From the NCBI RefSeq assembly GCF_009914755.1, contig NC_060943.1: a stretch of DNA of 64,000 bases, one strand, 5' to 3'. Within the stretch, counting starts at the first letter, position 1. Every line of letters starts with the position of its first letter. This DNA is from the human T2T-CHM13v2.0 reference genome, Homo sapiens. Made by a program: the position numbers and the translations under genes. Positions 24,580 to 37,200 of the stretch are shown here, in pieces. The notes beneath the pieces were generated by a model. That model made no database searches, was not told the origin of the DNA, and saw nothing but the letters and a program-made list of their open reading frames with translations.

Positions 24580-27500
24580 CAACTCACAGAGTTGAACGAA
24601 CCTTTACACAGAGCAGACTTGAAACACTCTTTTTGTGGAATTTGCGAGTGGAGATTTCAGCCGCTTTGAGGTCAATGTTAGAAAAGGAAATATCTTCGTT
24701 TAAAAACTAGACAGAATCATTCTCAGAAACTCCTTTGTGATGTGTGCGTTCAACTCACAGAGTTTAACCTTTCTTTTCATAGAGCAGTTAGGAAACACTC
24801 TGTTTGTAAAGTCTGCAAGTGGATATTCAGACCTCCTTGAGGCCTTCGTTGGAAACGGGATTTCTTCATATTATGCTAGACAGAAGAATTCTCAGTAACT
24901 TCCTTGTGTTGCGTGTATTCAACTCACAGAGTTGAACTATCCTTTACACAGAGCAGACTTGAAACACTCTTTTTGTGGAATTTGCAAGTGGAGATTTCAT
25001 CCGCTTTGAGGTCAATGGTAGAATAGGAAATATCTTCCTATAGAAACTAGACAGAATGAATCTCAGAAACTCCTTTGTGATGTGTGCGTTCAACTCACAG
25101 AGTTCAACCTTTCTTTTCATAGAGCAGTTAGGAAACACTCTGTTTGTAAAGTCTGCAAGTGGATATTCAGACCTCTTTGAGGCCTTCGTTGGAAACGGGT
25201 TTTCTTCAAATTATGCTAGACAGAAAAATTCTCAGTAACTTCCTTGTGTTGTGTGTATTCAACTCACAGAGTTGAACGATCCTTTACACAGAGCAGACTT
25301 GAAACACTCTTTTTGTGGAATTTGCAAGTGGAGATTTCAGCCGCTTTGAGGTCAATGGTAGAAAAGGAAATATCTTCGTATAAAAACTAGACAGAATGAT
25401 TCTGAGAAACTCCTTTGTGATGTGTGCGTTCAACTCACAGAGTTTAACCTTTCTTTTCATAGAGCAGTTAGGAAACACTCTGTTTGTAAAGTCTGCAAGT
25501 GGATATTCAGACCTCTTTGAGGCCTTCGTAGGAAACGGGATTTCTTCATATTCTGCTAGACAGAAGAATTCTCAGTAACTTCCTTGTGTTGTGTGTATTC
25601 AACTCACAGAGTTGAACGATCCTTTACACAGAGCAGACTTGAAACACTCTTTTTCTGGAATTTGCAAGTGGAGATTTCAGCCGCTTTGAGGTCAATGGTA
25701 GAATAGGAAATATCTTCCTATAGAAACTAGACAGGATGATTCTCAGAAACTACTTTGTGATGTGTGCGTTCAACTCACAGAGTTTAACCTTTCTTTCCAT
25801 AGAGCAGTTAGGAAACACTCTGTTTGTAAAGTCTGCAAGTGGATATTCAGACCTCTTTGAGGCCTTCGTTGGAAACGGGATTTCTTCATATTCTGCTAGA
25901 CAGAAGAATTCTCAGTAACTTCCTTGTGTTGTGTGTATTCAACCCACAGAGTTGAAGAATCCTTTACACAGAGCAGACTTGAAACCCTCTTTTTGTGGAA
26001 TTTGCAAGTGGAGATTTCAGCCGCTTTGAGGACAATGTTAGAATAGGAAATATCTTCCTATAGAAACTAGACAGAATGATTCTCAGAAACTCCTTTGTGA
26101 TGTGTGCGTTCAACTCACAGAGTTTAACCTTTCTTTTCATAGAGCAGTTACGAAACACTCTGTTTGTAAAGTCTGCAAGTGGATATTCAGACCTCTTTGA
26201 GGCCTTCGTTGGAAACGGGATTTCTTCATATTCTGCTAGACAGAAGAATTCTCAGTAACTTCCTTGTGTTGTGTGTATTCAACTCACAGAGTTGAACGGT
26301 CCTTTACACAGAGCTGACTTGAACCACTCTTTTTGTGGGATTTGCAAGTGGAGATTTCAGCCGCTTTGAGGTCAATGGTAGAATAGGAAATATCTTCCTA
26401 TAGAAACTAGACAGAATGATTCTCAGAAACTCCTTTGTGATGTGTGCGTTCAACTCACAGAGTTTAACCTTTCTTTTCATAGAGCAGTTAGGAAACACTC
26501 TGTTTGTAAAGTCTGCAAGTGGATATTCAGACCTCTTTGAGGCCATCGTTGGAAACGGGATTTCTTCATATTATGCTAGACAGAAGAATTCTCAGTAACT
26601 TCCTTGTGTTGTGTGTATTCAACTCACAGAGTTCAACGATGCTTTACACAGAGTAGACTTGAAACACATTTTTTGTTGAATTTGCAAGTGGAGATTTCAG
26701 CCGCTTTGAGGTCAATGGTAGAATAGGTAATATCTTCCTATAGAAACTAGACAGAATGATTCTCAGAAACTCCTTTGTGATGTGTGCGTTCAACTCACAG
26801 AGTTTAACCTTTCTTTTCATAGAGCAGTTAGGAAACACTCTGTTTGTAAAGTCTCCAAGTGGATATTCAGACCTCTTTGAGGCCTTCGTAGGAAACGGGA
26901 TTTCTTCATATTATGCTAGACAGAAGAATTCTCAGTAACTTCCTTGTGTTGTGTGTATTCAACTCACAGAGTTGAACGATCCTTTACACAGAGCAGACTT
27001 GAAACACTCTTTTTCTGGAATTTGCAAGTGGAGATTTCAGCCGCTTTGAGGTCAATGGTAGAATAGGAAATATCTTCCTATAGAAACTGGACAGAATGAT
27101 TCTCAGAAACTCCTTTGTGATGTGTGCGTTCAACTCACAGAGTTTAACCTTTCTTTTCATAGAGCAGTTAGGAAACACTCTGTTTGTAAAGTCTGCAAGT
27201 GGATATTCAGACCTCTTTGAGGCCTTCGTTGGAAACGGGATTTCTTCATATTATGCTAGACACAAGAATTCTCAGTAACTTCCTTGTGTTGTGTGTATTC
27301 AACTCACAGAGTTGAACGATCTTTTACACAGAGCAGAGTTGAAACACTCTTTTTCTGGAATTTGCAATTGGAGATTTCAGCCGCTTTGAGGTCAATGGTA
27401 GAATAGGAAATATCTTCCTATAGAAACTAGAGAGAATAATTCTCAGAAACTCCTTTGTGATGTGTGCGTTCAACTCACAGAGTTGAACGATCCTTTACAC

Positions 27501-30500
27501 AGAGCAGACTTGAAACACTCTTTTTCTGGAATTTGCAAGTGGAGATTTCAGCCGCTTTGAGGTCAATGGTAGAATAGGAAATATCTTCCTATAGAAACTA
27601 GACAGGATGATTCTCAGAAACTACTTTGTGATGTGTGCGTTCAACTCACAGAGTTTAACCTTTCTTTCCATAGAGCAGTTAGGAAACACTCTGTTTGTAA
27701 AGTCTGCAAGTGGATATTCAGACCTCTTTGAGGCCTTCGTTGGAAACGGGATTTCTTCATATTCTGCTAGACAGAAGAATTCTCAGTAACTTCCTTGTGT
27801 TGTGTGTATTCAACCCACAGAGTTGAACGATCCTTTACACAGAGCAGACTTGAAACCCTCTTTTTGTGGAATTTGCAAGTGGAGATTTCAGCCGCTTTGA
27901 GGTCAATGTTAGAATAGGAAATATCTTCCTATAGAAACTAGACAGAATGATTCTCAGAAACTCCTTTGTGATGTGTGCGTTCAAGTCACAGAGTTTAACC
28001 TTTCTTTTCATAGAGCAGTTACGAAACACTCTGTTTGTAAAGTCTGCAAGTGGATATTCAGACCTCTTTGAGGCCTTCGTTGGAAACGGGATTTCTTCAT
28101 ATTCTGCTAGACAGAAGAATTCTCAGTAACTTCCTTGTGTTGTGTGTATTCAACTCACAGAGTTGAACGGTCCTTTACACAGAGCTGACTTGAACCACTC
28201 TTTTTGTGGGATTTGCAAGTGGAGATTTCAGCCGCTTTCAGGTCAATGGTAGAATAGGAAATATCTTCCTATAGAAACTAGACAGAATGATTCTCAGAAA
28301 CTCCTTTGTGATGTGTGCGTTCAACTCACAGAGTTTAACCTTTCTTTTCATAGAGCAGTTAGGAAACACTCTGTTTGTAAAGTCTGCAAGTGGATATTCA
28401 GACCTCTTTGAGGCCATCGTTGGAAACGGGATTTCTTCATATTATGCTAGACAGAAGAATTCTCAGTAACTTCCTTGTGTTGTGTGTATTCAACTCACAG
28501 AGTTCAACGATGCTTTACACAGAGTAGACTTGAAACACACTTTTTGTTGAATTTGCAAGTGGAGATTTCTGCCGCTTTGAGGTCAATGGTAGAATAGGAA
28601 ATATCTTCCTATAGAAACTAGACAGAATGATTCTCAGAAACTCCTTTGTGATGTGTGCGTTCAACTCACAGAGTTTAACCTTTCTTTTCATAGAGCAGTT
28701 AGGAAACACTCTGTTTGTAAAGTCTCCAAGTGGATATTCAGACCTCTTTGAGGCCTTCGTAGGAAACGGGATTTCTTCATATTATGCTAGACAGAAGAAT
28801 TCTCAGTAACTTCCTTGTGTTGTGTGTATTCAACTCACAGAGTTGAACGATCCTTTACACAGAGCAGACTTGAAACACTCTTTTTCTGGAATTTGCAAGT
28901 GGAGATTTCAGCCGCTTTGAGGTCAATGGTAGAATAGGAAATATCTTCCTATAGAAACTGGACAGAATGATTCTCAGAAACTCCTTTGTGATGTGTGCGT
29001 TCAACTCACAGAGTTTAACCTTTCTTTTCATAGAGCAGTTAGGAAACACTCTGTTTGTAAAGTCTGCAAGTGGATATTCAGACCTCTTTGAGGCCTTCGT
29101 TGGAAACGGGATTTCTTCATATTCTGCTAGACAGAAGAATTCTCAGTAACTTCCTTGTGTTGTGTGTATTCAACTCACAGAGTTGAACGATCCTTTACAC
29201 AGAGCAGACTTGAAACACTCTTTTTGTGGAATTTGCAAGTGGAGATTTCAGCCGCTTTGAGGTCAATGGTAGAATAGGAAATATCTTCCTATAGAAACTA
29301 GACAGAATGATTCTCAGAAACTCCCTTGTGATGTGTGCGTTCAACTCACAGAGTTTAAGCTTTCTTTTCATAGAGCAGTTAGGAAACACTCTGTTTGTAA
29401 AGTCTGCAAGTGGATATTCAGACCTCCTTGAGGCCTTCGTTGGAAACGGGATTTCTTCATATTCTGCTAGACAGAAGAATTCTCAGTAACTTCTTTGTGT
29501 TGTGTGTATTCAACTCACAGAGTTGAACGATCCTTTACACAGAGCATACTTGAAACACTCTTCTTGTGGAATTTGCAAGTGGAGATTTCAGCCGCTTTGA
29601 GGTCAATGGTAGAATAGGAAATATCTTCGTATAAAAACTAGACAGAATCATTCTCAGAAACTCCTTTGTGATGTGTGCGTTCAACTCACAGAGTTTAACC
29701 TTTCTCTTCATAGAGCAGTTAGGGAACACTCTGTTTGTAAAGTCTGCAAGTGGATATTCAGACCTCTTTGAGGCCTTCGTTGGAAACGGGATTTCTTCAT
29801 ATTCTGCTAGACAGAAGAATTCTCAGTAACTTCCTTGTGTTGTGTGTATTCAACTCACAGAGTTGAACGATCCTTTACACAGAGCAGACTTGAAACACTC
29901 TTTTTGTTGAATTTGCAAGTGGAGATTTCAGCCGCTTTTAGGTCAATGGTAGAATAGGAAATATCTTCGTATAGAAACTAGACAGAATGATTCTCAGAAA
30001 CTCCTTTGTGATGTGTGCGTTCAACTCACAGAGTTTAACCTTTCTTTTCATAGAGCAGTTAGGAGACACTCTGTTTGTAAAGTCTGCAAGTGGATATTCA
30101 GACCTCTTTGAGGCCTTCGTTGGAAACGGGATTTCTTCATATTATGCTAGACAGAAGAATTCTCAGTAACTTCCTTGTGTTGTGTGTATTCAACTCAAGG
30201 AGTTCAACGATCCTTTATACAGAGCAGACTAGAAACACTCTTTTTGTGGAATTTGCAAGCGGAGATTTCAGCGGCTTTGAGGTCAATTGTAGAAAAGGAA
30301 ATATCTTCGTATAAAAACTAGACAGAATGATTCTCAGAAACTCCCTTGTGATGTGTGCGTTCAACTCACAGAGTTTAACCTTTCTTTTCATAGAGCAGTT
30401 AGGAAACACTCTGTTTGTAAAGTCTGCAAGTGGATATTCAGACCTCCTTGAGGCCTTCGTTGGAAACGGGATTTCTTCATATTATGCTAGACAGAAGAAT

Positions 30501-33500
30501 TCTCAGTAACTTCCTTGTGCTGTGTGTATTCAACTCACAGAGTTGAACGATCCTTTACACAGAGCATACTTGAAACACTCTTCTTGTGGAATTTGCAAGT
30601 GGAGATTTCAGCCGCTTTGAGGTCAATGGTAGAATAGGAAATATCTTCGTATAAAAACTAGACAGAATGATTCTCAGAAACTCCTTTGTGATGTGTGCGT
30701 TCAACTCACAGAGTTTAACCTTTCTTTTCATAGAGCAGTTAGGGAACACTCTGTTTGTAAAGTCTGCAAGTGGATATTCAGACCTCTTGGAGGCCTTCGT
30801 TGGAAACGGGATTTCTTCATATTCTGCTAGACAGAAGAATTCTCAGTAACTTCCCTGTGTTGTGTGTATTCAACTCACAGAGTTGAACGATCCTTTACAC
30901 AGAGCAGACTTGAAACACTCTTTTTGTGGAATTTGCAATGGAGAGTTCAGCCGCTTTGAGGTCAATGGTAGAATAGGAAATATCTTCCTATAGAAACTAG
31001 ACAGAATGATTCTCAGAAACTCCTTTGTGATGTGTGCGTTCAACTCACAGAGTTTAACCTTTCTTTTCATAGAGCAGTTAGGAAACACTCTGTTTGTAAA
31101 GTCTGCAAGTGGATATTCAGACCTCTTTGAGGCCATCGTTGGAAACGGGATTTCTCCATATTCTGGTAGACAGAAGAATTCTCAGTAACTTCCTTGTGTT
31201 GTGTGTATTCAACTCACAGAGTTCAACGATGCTTTACACAGAGTAGACTTGAAACACACTTTTTGTTGAATTTGCAAGTGGAGATTTCAGCCGCTTTGAG
31301 GTCAATGGTAGAATAGGAAATATCTTCCTATAGAAACTAGACAGAATGATTCTCAGAAACTCCTTTGTGATGTGTGCGCTCAACTCACAGAGTTTAGCCT
31401 TTCTTTTCATGGAGCAGTTAGGAAACACTGTGTTTGTAAAGTCTGCAAGTGGATAGTCAGACCTCTTTGAGGCCTTCGTAGGAAACGGGATTTCTTCATA
31501 TTATGCTAGACAGAAGAATTCTCAGTAACTTCCTTGTGTTGTGTGTATTCAACTCACAGAGTTGAACGATCCTTTACACAGAGCAGACTTGAAACACTCT
31601 TTTTCTGGAATTTGCAAGTGGAGATTTCAGCCGCTTTGAGGTCAATGGTAGAATAGGAAATATCTTCCTATAGATACTAGACAGAATGATTCTCAGAAAC
31701 TCCTTTGTGATGTGTGCGTTCAACTCACAGAGTTCAACCTTTCTTTTCATAGAGCAGTTAGGAAACACTCTGTTTGTAAAGTCTGCAAGTGGATATTCAG
31801 ACCTCTTTGAGGCCTTCGTTGGAAACGGGTTTTCTTCATATTATGCTAGACAGAAAAATTCTCAGTAACTTCCTTGTGTTGTGTGTATTCAACTCACAGA
31901 GTTAAACGATCCTTTACACAGAGCAGACTTGAAACACTCTTTTTGTGGAATTTGCAAGTGGAGATTTCAGCCGCTTTGAGGTCAATGGTAGAAAAGGAAA
32001 TATCTTCGTATAAAAACTAGACAGAATGATTCTGAGAAACTCCTTTGTGATGTGTGCGTTCAACTCACAGAGTTTAACCTTTCTTTTCATAGAGCAGTTA
32101 GGAAACACTCTGTTTGTGAAGTCTGCAAGTGGATATTCAGACCTCTTTGAGGCCTTCGTTGGAAACGGGATTTCTTCATATTCTGCTAGACAGAAGAATT
32201 CTCAGTAACTTCCTTGTGTTGTGTGTATTCAACTCACAGAGTTGAACGATCCTTTACACAGAGCAGACTTGAAACACTCTTTTTGTGGAATTTGCAAGTG
32301 GAGATTTCAGCCACTTTGAGGTCAATGGTAGAATAGGAAATATCTTCCTATAGAAACTAGACAGAATGATTCTCAGAAACTCCTTTGTGATGTGTGCGAT
32401 TAACTCACAGAGTTTAACCTTTCTTTTCATAGAGCAGTTAGGAAACACTCTGTTTGTAAAGTCTGCAAGTGGATATTCAGACCTCTTTGAGGCCATCGTT
32501 GGAAACGGGATTTCTTCATATTCTGCTAGACAGAAGAATTCTCAGTAACTTCCTTGTGTTGTGTGTATTCAACTCACAGAGTTGAACGATGCTTTACACA
32601 CAGTAGACTTGAAACACACTTTTTGTTGAATTTGCAAGTGGAGATTTCAGCCGCTTTGAGGTCAATGGTAGAATAGGTAATATCTTCCCATAGAAACTAG
32701 ACAGAATGATTCTCAGAAACTCCTTTGTGATGTGTGCGCTCAACTCACAGAGTTTAGCCTTTCTTTTCATAGAGCAGTTAGGAAACACTCTGTTTGTAAA
32801 GTCTGCAAGTGGATATTCAGACCTCTTTGAGGCCTTCGTAGGAAACGGGATTTCTTCATATTATGCTAGACAGAAGAATTCTCAGTAACTTCCTTGTGTT
32901 GTGTGTATTCAACTCACAGAGTTGAACGATCCTTTACACAGAGCAGACATGAAACACTCTTTTTCTGGAATTTGGAAGTGGAGATTTCAGCCGCTTTGTG
33001 GTCAATGGTAGAATAGGAAATATCTTCCTATAGATACTAGACAGAATGATTCTCAGAAACTCCTTTGTGATGTGTGCGTTCAACTCACAGAGTTTAACCT
33101 TTCTTTTCATAGAGCACTTAGGAAACACTCTGTTTGTAAAGTCTGCAATTGGATATTCACACCTCTTTGAGGCCTTCGTTGGAAACGGGATTTCTTCATA
33201 TTCTGCTAGACAGAAGAATTCTCAGTAACTTCCTTGTGTTGTGTGTATTCAACTCACAGAGTTGAACGATCCTTTACACAGAGCAGACTTGAAACACTCT
33301 TTTTGTGGAATTTGCAAGTGGAGATTTCAGCCGCTTTGAGGTCAATGGTAGAATAGGAAATATCTTCCTATAGAAACTAGACAGAATAATTCTCAGAAAC
33401 TCCTTTGTGATGTGTGCGTTCAACTCACAGAGTTTAACCTTTCTTTTCATAGAGCAGTTAGGAAACACTCTGTTTGTAAAGTCTGCAAGTGGATATTCAG

Positions 33501-34270
33501 ACATCTTTGTGGCTTTCATTGGAAACGGGATTTCTTCATATTCTGCTAGAGAGAAGAATTCTCAGAAACTTCCTTGTGTTGTGTGTTTTCAACTCACAGA
33601 GTTGAACGATGCTTTACACAGAGTAGACTTGAAACACTCTTTTTGTGGAATTTGCAAGTGGAGATTTCAGCCGCTTTGAGGTCAATGGTAGAAAAGGAAA
33701 TATCTTCGTATAAAAACTAGACAGAATGATTCTCAGAAACTCCCTTGTGATGTGTGCGTTCAACTCACAGAGTTTAAGCTTTCTTTTCATAGAGCAGTTA
33801 GGAAACACTCTGTTTGTAAAGTCTGCAAGTGGATATTCAGACCTCCTTGAGGCCTTCGTTGGAAACGGGATTTCTTCATATTCTGCTAGACAGAAGAATT
33901 CTCAGTAACTTCCTTGTGTTGTGTGTATTCAACTCACAGAGTTGAACGATCCTTTACACAGAGCATACTTGAAACACTCTTCTTGTGGAATTTGCAAGTG
34001 GAGATTTCAGCCGCTTTGAGGTCAATGGTAGAATAGGAAATATCTTCGTATAAAAACTAGACAGAATCATTCTCAGAAACTCCTTTGTGATGTGTGCGTT
34101 CAACTCACAGAGTTTAACCTTTCTCTTCATAGAGCAGTTAGGGAACACTCTGTTTGTAAAGTCTGCAAGTGGATATTCAGACCTCTTTGAGGCCTTCGTT
34201 GGAAACGGGATTTCTTCATATTATGCTAGACAGAAGAATTCTCAGTAACTTCCTTGTGTTGTGTGTATTC
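24580..34270 (+). repeat. Macro-repeat copy 1 (57 monomers, 9690 bp)
   Basis: Marker TTTGCGAGTG at 24641 recurs at 34331 (+9690 = 28x340+171-1). The order of dimer variants is preserved in the next copy. Confidence 0.88.
27469..27484 (+). other. Out-of-register A-A monomer junction (B monomer and CENP-B box skipped), copy 1
   Basis: GTGTGCG-TTCAACTCACAGAGTT runs into GAACGATCCTTTAC instead of TAACCTTTCTTTTC. The array phase shifts by 171 bp and the CENP-B box spacing is 511 bp (27224 to 27735). Confidence 0.95.
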
Positions 34271-37200
34271 AACTCACAGAGTTGAACGATCCTTTACACA
34301 GAGCAGACTTGAAACACTCTTTTTGTGGAATTTGCGAGTGGAGATTTCAGCCGCTTTGAGGTCAATGTTAGAAAAGGAAATATCTTCGTTTAAAAACTAG
34401 ACAGAATCATTCTCAGAAACTCCTTTGTGATGTGTGCGTTCAACTCACAGAGTTTAACCTTTCTTTTCATAGAGCAGTTAGGAAACACTCTGTTTGTAAA
34501 GTCTGCAAGTGGATATTCAGACCTCCTTGAGGCCTTCGTTGGAAACGGGATTTCTTCATATTATGCTAGACAGAAGAATTCTCAGTAACTTCCTTGTGTT
34601 GCGTGTATTCAACTCACAGAGTTGAACTATCCTTTACACAGAGCAGACTTGAAACACTCTTTTTGTGGAATTTGCAAGTGGAGATTTCATCCGCTTTGAG
34701 GTCAATGGTAGAATAGGAAATATCTTCCTATAGAAACTAGACAGAATGAATCTCAGAAACTCCTTTGTGATGTGTGCGTTCAACTCACAGAGTTCAACCT
34801 TTCTTTTCATAGAGCAGTTAGGAAACACTCTGTTTGTAAAGTCTGCAAGTGGATATTCAGACCTCTTTGAGGCCTTCGTTGGAAACGGGTTTTCTTCAAA
34901 TTATGCTAGACAGAAAAATTCTCAGTAACTTCCTTGTGTTGTGTGTATTCAACTCACAGAGTTGAACGATCCTTTACACAGAGCAGACTTGAAACACTCT
35001 TTTTGTGGAATTTGCAAGTGGAGATTTCAGCCGCTTTGAGGTCAATGGTAGAAAAGGAAATATCTTCGTATAAAAACTAGACAGAATGATTCTGAGAAAC
35101 TCCTTTGTGATGTGTGCGTTCAACTCACAGAGTTTAACCTTTCTTTTCATAGAGCAGTTAGGAAACACTCTGTTTGTAAAGTCTGCAAGTGGATATTCAG
35201 ACCTCTTTGAGGCCTTCGTAGGAAACGGGATTTCTTCATATTCTGCTAGACAGAAGAATTCTCAGTAACTTCCTTGTGTTGTGTGTATTCAACTCACAGA
35301 GTTGAACGATCCTTTACACAGAGCAGACTTGAAACACTCTTTTTCTGGAATTTGCAAGTGGAGATTTCAGCCGCTTTGAGGTCAATGGTAGAATAGGAAA
35401 TATCTTCCTATAGAAACTAGACAGGATGATTCTCAGAAACTACTTTGTGATGTGTGCGTTCAACTCACAGAGTTTAACCTTTCTTTCCATAGAGCAGTTA
35501 GGAAACACTCTGTTTGTAAAGTCTGCAAGTGGATATTCAGACCTCTTTGAGGCCTTCGTTGGAAACGGGATTTCTTCATATTCTGCTAGACAGAAGAATT
35601 CTCAGTAACTTCCTTGTGTTGTGTGTATTCAACCCACAGAGTTGAAGAATCCTTTACACAGAGCAGACTTGAAACCCTCTTTTTGTGGAATTTGCAAGTG
35701 GAGATTTCAGCCGCTTTGAGGACAATGTTAGAATAGGAAATATCTTCCTATAGAAACTAGACAGAATGATTCTCAGAAACTCCTTTGTGATGTGTGCGTT
35801 CAACTCACAGAGTTTAACCTTTCTTTTCATAGAGCAGTTACGAAACACTCTGTTTGTAAAGTCTGCAAGTGGATATTCAGACCTCTTTGAGGCCTTCGTT
35901 GGAAACGGGATTTCTTCATATTCTGCTAGACAGAAGAATTCTCAGTAACTTCCTTGTGTTGTGTGTATTCAACTCACAGAGTTGAACGGTCCTTTACACA
36001 GAGCTGACTTGAACCACTCTTTTTGTGGGATTTGCAAGTGGAGATTTCAGCCGCTTTGAGGTCAATGGTAGAATAGGAAATATCTTCCTATAGAAACTAG
36101 ACAGAATGATTCTCAGAAACTCCTTTGTGATGTGTGCGTTCAACTCACAGAGTTTAACCTTTCTTTTCATAGAGCAGTTAGGAAACACTCTGTTTGTAAA
36201 GTCTGCAAGTGGATATTCAGACCTCTTTGAGGCCATCGTTGGAAACGGGATTTCTTCATATTATGCTAGACAGAAGAATTCTCAGTAACTTCCTTGTGTT
36301 GTGTGTATTCAACTCACAGAGTTCAACGATGCTTTACACAGAGTAGACTTGAAACACATTTTTTGTTGAATTTGCAAGTGGAGATTTCAGCCGCTTTGAG
36401 GTCAATGGTAGAATAGGTAATATCTTCCTATAGAAACTAGACAGAATGATTCTCAGAAACTCCTTTGTGATGTGTGCGTTCAACTCACAGAGTTTAACCT
36501 TTCTTTTCATAGAGCAGTTAGGAAACACTCTGTTTGTAAAGTCTCCAAGTGGATATTCAGACCTCTTTGAGGCCTTCGTAGGAAACGGGATTTCTTCATA
36601 TTATGCTAGACAGAAGAATTCTCAGTAACTTCCTTGTGTTGTGTGTATTCAACTCACAGAGTTGAACGATCCTTTACACAGAGCAGACTTGAAACACTCT
36701 TTTTCTGGAATTTGCAAGTGGAGATTTCAGCCGCTTTGAGGTCAATGGTAGAATAGGAAATATCTTCCTATAGAAACTGGACAGAATGATTCTCAGAAAC
36801 TCCTTTGTGATGTGTGCGTTCAACTCACAGAGTTTAACCTTTCTTTTCATAGAGCAGTTAGGAAACACTCTGTTTGTAAAGTCTGCAAGTGGATATTCAG
36901 ACCTCTTTGAGGCCTTCGTTGGAAACGGGATTTCTTCATATTATGCTAGACACAAGAATTCTCAGTAACTTCCTTGTGTTGTGTGTATTCAACTCACAGA
37001 GTTGAACGATCTTTTACACAGAGCAGAGTTGAAACACTCTTTTTCTGGAATTTGCAAGTGGAGATTTCAGCCGCTTTGAGGTCAATGGTAGAATAGGAAA
37101 TATCTTCCTATAGAAACTAGAGAGAATAATTCTCAGAAACTCCTTTGTGATGTGTGCGTTCAACTCACAGAGTTGAACGATCCTTTACACAGAGCAGACT

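Noticed and set aside
25600-27480. 11-mer unit as the chromosome 1 D1Z5 11-mer HOR
   Set aside because: D1Z5 is built from SF3 (W1-W5) pentameric monomers. This unit is made of the same J1/J2 dimers as its flanks, so the monomer count is coincidental.
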